Source: Eledone cirrhosa (lineage: Eukaryota). From it: 64,000 bases of DNA. Both the position numbers and the translations under genes were made by a program. The stretch lies in the NCBI GenBank assembly GCA_964016885.1, contig OZ024740.1, positions 229,028,001 to 229,092,000 of the forward strand, written 5' to 3'. Of this stretch, positions 54,716-64,000 are shown one piece after another. Under the pieces are notes generated by a model. The model had not been told where the DNA came from and did no database searches. It saw only the letters and a program-made list of their open reading frames with translations. Within the stretch, counting starts at the first letter, position 1, and each line of letters opens with the position of its first letter.

Positions 54716-57700
54716 TTCCTCATGTTTCTCACTCCTTCCTTTCATCAGTCCTTATGTTTGTCGTTCCTTCTCTTTGCCACTCCTTCTTTTATTTTATTCT
54801 TTCTCATTCTAATTCTTACTCACATTTTTTCTCTATTCTTCTTCCCGCCATTTATTATCAGTTTTCTTTCATTCTTTCTGCAGTATTTTCTTCTTTTTAT
54901 TCATCTCGCTTTCATTCTTTTCTCCACAATATCTGCCTTTCTTTTTTTTTCTTTCGTTCTTATTTCTTCTCTATCCATAGTTTCATATTCTTTTACTTTT
55001 TTACCTACTTTTTCTTTCTTTTCTCTTTCCTTCCTTATTTCACAATGTTTTACTATCATTACATTTTTTTTTTTTTTTAAATTTACATTTTTTCCTCTAT
55101 AAATAATCGCATCTTTCTTTCACCCCGCTCTCTCTATATGTGTGTGTGTCTGTGTGTGGCTGTGTGTGTCTCTGTGTGTGTCCCTGTGTGTGTGTCTGTG
55201 TCTCTGTGTGTGTATGTGTCTCTGTGTGTGTCTGTGTGTGGCTGTGTGCGTGTCTGTGTGTGGCTGAGTGTGTGTCTGTGTATGTCTGTGTGTGTAGCGT
55301 GTATCTGCGTGAGTATGTCTGTCTATGTGTGTGTCTGTGTGTGTGTGTGTGTGTGTGCGTCTGTGTGTGTGTATGTGTGTGTGTGTTTGCTTCATTTCTT
55401 TTCTCTTTATCTCTCACCCTTTCTATCACTCACTCACTCTCTCTCTCTCTCTCTCTCTCTTTCCTTTTATACTCTTTTCATTTCTCTTCCTTATTTGCGT
55501 ACGTGTGTCATATAAATGTGTGTCTATATGTGTGTCATATTAGTGTGTGTCTATGTGTATGTCTATGTGTGTGTATATGTTTGTGTTAGCGTGTATGTGT
55601 GTATGAGTGTGTATTTACATCTGTCAATGAGTGTCTATTACATTAACATATGTATGTGTATAAGTGAGTGTATATGTTGAGGCCGATTGTCTGTGTGTGT
55701 ATAAGTGTATATGTGTGATGTAAGTATGCTAGTGTGTATATGTACGCAATATATGTATGTGTATGTGTGTATGTGTAATTATGTATGTACGTGTTAGTGT
55801 GTACGTGTGTGTACGTGTGTTCTCTTTTCCTGGCGTTTCTCTTCCACCACCTACTTTTGCTGCTACTGCTGCCTGCTACTCCTGTGTATCTTACTCCTAT
55901 CACCACTGCTGCTGCTGATCTCACCCATACACCACCACTACCACCACCACCACCACCACCATCGACACCACCACCAACACCATCGACGCCAACACCACTG
56001 CTGCTGCTGATCTCACCCATACACCACCACTACCACCACCACCACCACCATCGACACCACCACCATCACCACCACCAACACCATCGACGCCAACACCACT
56101 GCTGCTGCTGATCTCATCCATACACCACCACTACCACCACCACCACCACCACCATCGACACCACCACCATCACCACCACCAACACCATCGACGCCAACAC
56201 CACTGCTGCTGCTGATCTCACCCATACACCACCATTACCACCACCACCACCACCGCTGCTGCTGCTGGCCTCACTACATTCACCACCGCACCCATACACA
56301 ATCACCACCGCCACCATCACCCCCACTAACATCACCGCCGTCACCACTACTGCTGCTGCCCTTGCTGCTGCTGATCTCGCAACCTTCACCACAACATCCA
56401 CTACCACCGTCACCACCACCACCACCACCACCACCACCACCACTACACACACCTCCACCGCCACCATCACCACATTAGTACAACCGCCATTGCTACTGCT
56501 GATCTCACCACCATCACCACCTTCACCTTCACCTTATTTCTAGACTTCCATTGCTGCTGCTGCTACTTGTTTCACCACCACCACCACCACTACCACCGCC
56601 ACCACCGTAGTAGTGCGCAGGCAGTGCTACTGCTGCTGTTCCCACCACCACCACCACCACCACCACGGTCACTACTAATCATCACCACCACTACCCCCAT
56701 CCATCACCATCACCACCACTGTCAATACCACCGTCACTACCACCACCAGCACAACTACCACCACCATACTACTGCTGCTGTTCTCACCACTACCACCACC
56801 CCCTTTTCACACTGCCAGGACCACCACCACCACCACTACCACCACCACCACCGTGTTAGTTGGCAGACATTGCTACTGCTGCTGTTCTCCTACCGCCACC
56901 ACTACCACCACTACAGTCACCATCACCGTCACCATCACCACCACCACCACCAGCACCAGCGCCACCACCACCATCACCACAAGCAATCACCACCACCACC
57001 ACCACCTACACTACAGGCAACCCCACCACCATCATTACCACTTCAGTTATCATCACCACCACCACCACCACCACCACCACTACAGTCACCCCCACCACCA
57101 TCACCTCCACCACCACCACCATCACCACCAACAGCACTACCATCACCACCACCACCACCACCACCACCATGTTAGTTAGCCATTGCTGCTGCTGTTGTTT
57201 CTTGTATTGCGGCTGTTGCTACTACTATCACCGCCCCCACGTTATTATTCCTGTTGGTTTTTCCACTGTTTCATATTTCAGTCAACGCGCCGTCGTTGTG
57301 CGTGGATATGTGTGTATATACATATATACATATACATATACATAATATATATTTAATACATACAGATATCAACATCTACATGTATATGTATTTACATAGA
57401 TATACATGTATCACTAGTTTATAAATGTATATACATATATATACATTTCTAAAATACTCACGCATACATATATATGTATATCTTAATGTATACATACACA
57501 TTAAACATATAGATATATATATTTAAGATATATATATATATATAAGATATATATATATATTAAGTATTCACATAAATATACATAAGAGTTTATACATATA
57601 TTTACACTCATACACGCATATCTATACAAACAAACATACATACATACATACATACATACATACATACATAGACATAATTACATACATACATACATGCATA

Positions 57701-57925
57701 CATGCATACATACTTACATACATACATTCATGCATACATAGATACATAGATACATACATACATACATACATACATACATACATACATACATACATACATA
57801 CATGCATACATACTTACATACATACGTTCATGCATACATAGATACATACATACATACATGCATACATATATACATACATAGATACATGCATACATACTTA
57901 CATACATACATACATGCATACATAC

Positions 57926-57956
<31 letters not shown>

Positions 57957-58788
57957 CATACATACATACATACATACATACATACATACATACATACATA
58001 CATACATACATTGTATATTTATACATACATATATATAAGTAGAAGCACATGCTCATTTATCAACACCCATATGTATATGTATATCTATATTGACATATAG
58101 ATATATACATATACATACATATATGTATGTATGTGTTTATATACGCGCAGAGACATACATAGAAATACACACACACACATACATGCACACACACATATAT
58201 CCTATTTTTTTACATTGTGTACATAAATTGTGTACACACCCACCAATACACTCTTCGACCTATACACCCAGTTAATGTATACATATACACACGTTCATAA
58301 ATGCATATACATACGTACATACATACATGCATACATACATACATACATACACCTATTACATATATACAGTCAGACGTTCGGGAACATATATATAAGAGTT
58401 TACATGCACAAATAGAAATACGTACATCCATATATACACACTCATACATACATACATACATACATACATACATACATACATACATACATACATACATACA
58501 TACAACACGTATACAAACATATACATGCACACCTACGTTTACACACACACACACACACATTATATATATAAAGTACCAGTAATGCACTGGGTATTTGCTG
58601 GTCTTGTGCCTAACGTAGAAACAATTATATATACACGTATATATATATTATGTATTATATTATTTATTTATGTTCATAAACGGAACAAAAGCGCACACAC
58701 ACACACATATACATACACATATGTATACGTACATACGCACACATTCATTCTCCTACATGCATGCATTCGTACACATATATATTATACA

Positions 58789-58819
<31 letters not shown>

Positions 58820-59156
58820 GTACATAGCTACATACATACATACATGCATAGATACATACATACATACATACATACATACATACATACATGCATATATACA
58901 TAGATACATACATACATACAAACAAACAAATGTATACATATGCATACATATACACAAACAGATATACACGTATACATACATATCAATATACATACATACA
59001 TGCAAAAATACAAACCCAATATGCACATATACTTACAAACACATTTTTATACATACCTACATACATACCTACAAACACATACACATATACACGTACATAG
59101 ATATTTATCTACATACATACAAACACCGATTCACATATAAATACAAATATATATAT

Positions 59157-59243
<87 letters not shown>

Positions 59244-59336
59244 GATACATATATACAGGTTTATCTTAATAAACCATAAATGTGTAAATATAGCAGTGTT
59301 GAAACAGTAATCAGAAACGCCTATTTCTATGTACTA

Positions 59337-59374
<38 letters not shown>

Positions 59375-60682
59375 ACTACTACTACTACTGCTGCTTGCTA
59401 CTGCTACTGCTACTACTACTACAGACTATCGTTGTTGTTGATGTGGTGGTCACTATCACTATCATTGCTTTATTGTCCTCACTACCACAACCACCACCAC
59501 CACCACCACCACCCCAATCCTCCTTATCATCATCATCATCATTTTAACCATAACCCCCTATCACCAGCGCCAACAGCACCAACACCACCATCAACTTCAG
59601 TAGTAGTAGCAGCAGCAATAGAATTACCACCCTGTATCACAGTAGTAAAGGTATGAACGCTACAACCCCCCCCCCCCCCCCAACGACCCTACCGCAGCCT
59701 TCTTTCATAATGAATACATTCTTGTTATTGTGATAAGCACTAGAGAGCGAGAAGATAAACTATTTGGGAGCAGTGGGAGGCCACGACACGATTTCCATTC
59801 CCAGTCGAAGCAGTCAATTCACGCCATTTAATGACACTTGGTACCCCCAAGCCACCCCTGATTGAGCAGTCCTACTATTAAAGTCCTTCTACCCGCTGCT
59901 CGTCTTTTAGGGGTATGATTCGCCACCACCTGGCCCTTAGGCACTTTTAGCAGTGTCCTCAGTTTGCGAATATTTTCTTTCCTTCTCTGTACCAGCCACG
60001 GAGACCCCTAAAAAGGGCTATGGCCACTAACCTTCCTCCCCTGTCAAAACTGTAAAAAAAAGAAAAACAAGTATAAAACTGCAATATCAAATGAGTGAAA
60101 TTTAACTGTTACTGCTAGCAGGTTGAGTGACCCACGTAAAATCTTTCTTGTGTTGGTGTTTTTGATGGGGAAAATATTATTGCCACCAAATCCCATTGTT
60201 TTCCACCTCGAAGATGTATCCTTGTTGCAAATTAAAATATATAATTGTTGTTATTATTACTGTTGTTTTGAAATAAAATGTAAGTTAAATAAGCTGTATG
60301 TGTTGTTGTTATTTAGCCCCGTGTCAACCCTGATCTATGATTAATGTTATTCCAGTCGTGACCATCCATCCCGTTTGTTTTGTATATTTAGGGACTACGC
60401 CATCCAATGTGTCCTCCTTTCTATTTTAATTCGGTAGAATGAATTTGACGGAATTCAGCACCTATCTCTAGCAAGGCGAGCGACACAGAGAAAGCTTCCT
60501 TGTTGGTTTGTGTTCGTTTGTTTATATGTACATGTGTGCGAGTTTGTTTGTGTGCGTGTGTGTGTTTTATTAGAGACATTATGCATACAGTATATACACA
60601 CTATACATATACTCAAGTGTGTGTGACTAGATGCTTCACTGAATGAATATCTCTGCTACCATGACAACTCTATCATGCGTCG

Positions 60683-60851
60683 CCTTTATTTGGCTGATTG
60701 GCCGGTTCTATAAATAGAACGGGGGAACTGAAGCCTCGTCTCATGTGATAGCTATGAAAGCTATAGCTATTGGTTAGTCAATGGTGACGTCTGACATTCC
60801 ACAAAGTCGTTTCCGCTATTTGATTGGTCGGTTCATGTGCCGTTGACGTCA
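60683..60851 (+). promoter_or_regulatory. Immediate-early-type proximal promoter of the IER gene
   Basis: Perfect MEF2 site CTATAAATAG (60708-60717) and perfect CRE TGACGTCA (60844-60851). Near-CRE TGACGTCT (60785-60792), three inverted CCAAT boxes (ATTGG at ~60697, 60769, 60823), AP-1-like TTAGTCA (60774-60780), TCATGTGA E/M-box (60741-60748) and CArG-like CTTTATTTGG (60684-60693). Confidence 0.7.
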
Positions 60852-61365
60852 CCTACTTCAAAACACACCATCATATCTAACATTGAGCATTAACGCTTAA
60901 ACAAGCTCGCGGTAAACTTGGACAGACGAATCTCATCGATAAATAGTAGATGAGACTAAAGTGATACTAGTGAATTACTTTTACTACTACTACAACAACT
61001 ATTATTACTACTATTACACATGTAACTTGTATTGTCTGTATAATTCAAACACAACTCTATCATCGCTAGAGGATATATATAAGTATATATATGAATGTTT
61101 AAATGTATTACTATATATATTCTCCTGTCTGTCTGAATGAATGTACATGCTCTTTGGTGTATATATATAAGGAAAAACGTGCGACGGGATAATATTTACC
61201 TATCTCAACAGCCGTGTGGATACTAACCGGATATTACAAACACCTCTATTATTTGATACTGAGGGTACACAGATAAGTCTTATATCTTGTTATTTATACA
61301 CTTTTACACAACCAACTTATTTTACAACTCTGTAAAACTTTATAAACTTTTTTTTCTGATCCTAA

Positions 61366-63795
<2,430 letters not shown>

Positions 63796-64000
63796 TCTCT
63801 GTTTAAGTAGTGGTAAATATAATATTTTAGAATGAATCTTGGCGTTTATATATATATATATATATATATCTATATATATATATATATATATATATATAAT
63901 GTATGTATAAGAGAGAATGAGTGCGTGTTTTATTAATATTTTTTTTGCCACCCCCGAAATGTATCATTCAATATTATATATATTTTTTTAGTGAAAAGAC

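Overview
This is AT-rich, microsatellite-saturated animal DNA. The SINE, LINE and Penelope content and the (TA)n/(TATG)n/(CA)n density suggest a coleoid cephalopod such as Octopus (inference). The only clear host gene is an intronless IER-family (IER2/IER5/IER5L-like) gene at 61369-63795, preceded by a compact promoter with MEF2, CRE, CCAAT and AP-1-like sites. The upstream ~60 kb is a transposon desert. It holds an RTE LINE with three C-terminal zinc fingers plus scrambled pieces and non-autonomous derivatives, R4/Dong, Tx1/L1 and CR1/L2-like fragments, two Penelope-like (GIY-YIG) fragments, a Helitron, MITEs, many tRNA-SINEs and minisatellites. The most striking unannotated signal is a set of small non-coding elements embedded in (TA)n. 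They carry type I hammerhead ribozymes (HHRs, folded by eye) and show fold-back inversions, often breaking at the ribozyme stems. Among them are a 545-bp tandem retrozyme-like unit, hairpins with an HHR on both strands, and a same-architecture element carrying a full tRNA-like cloverleaf instead of a recognisable HHR. Most ORFs in the supplied track are microsatellite artefacts. Element boundaries are approximate.
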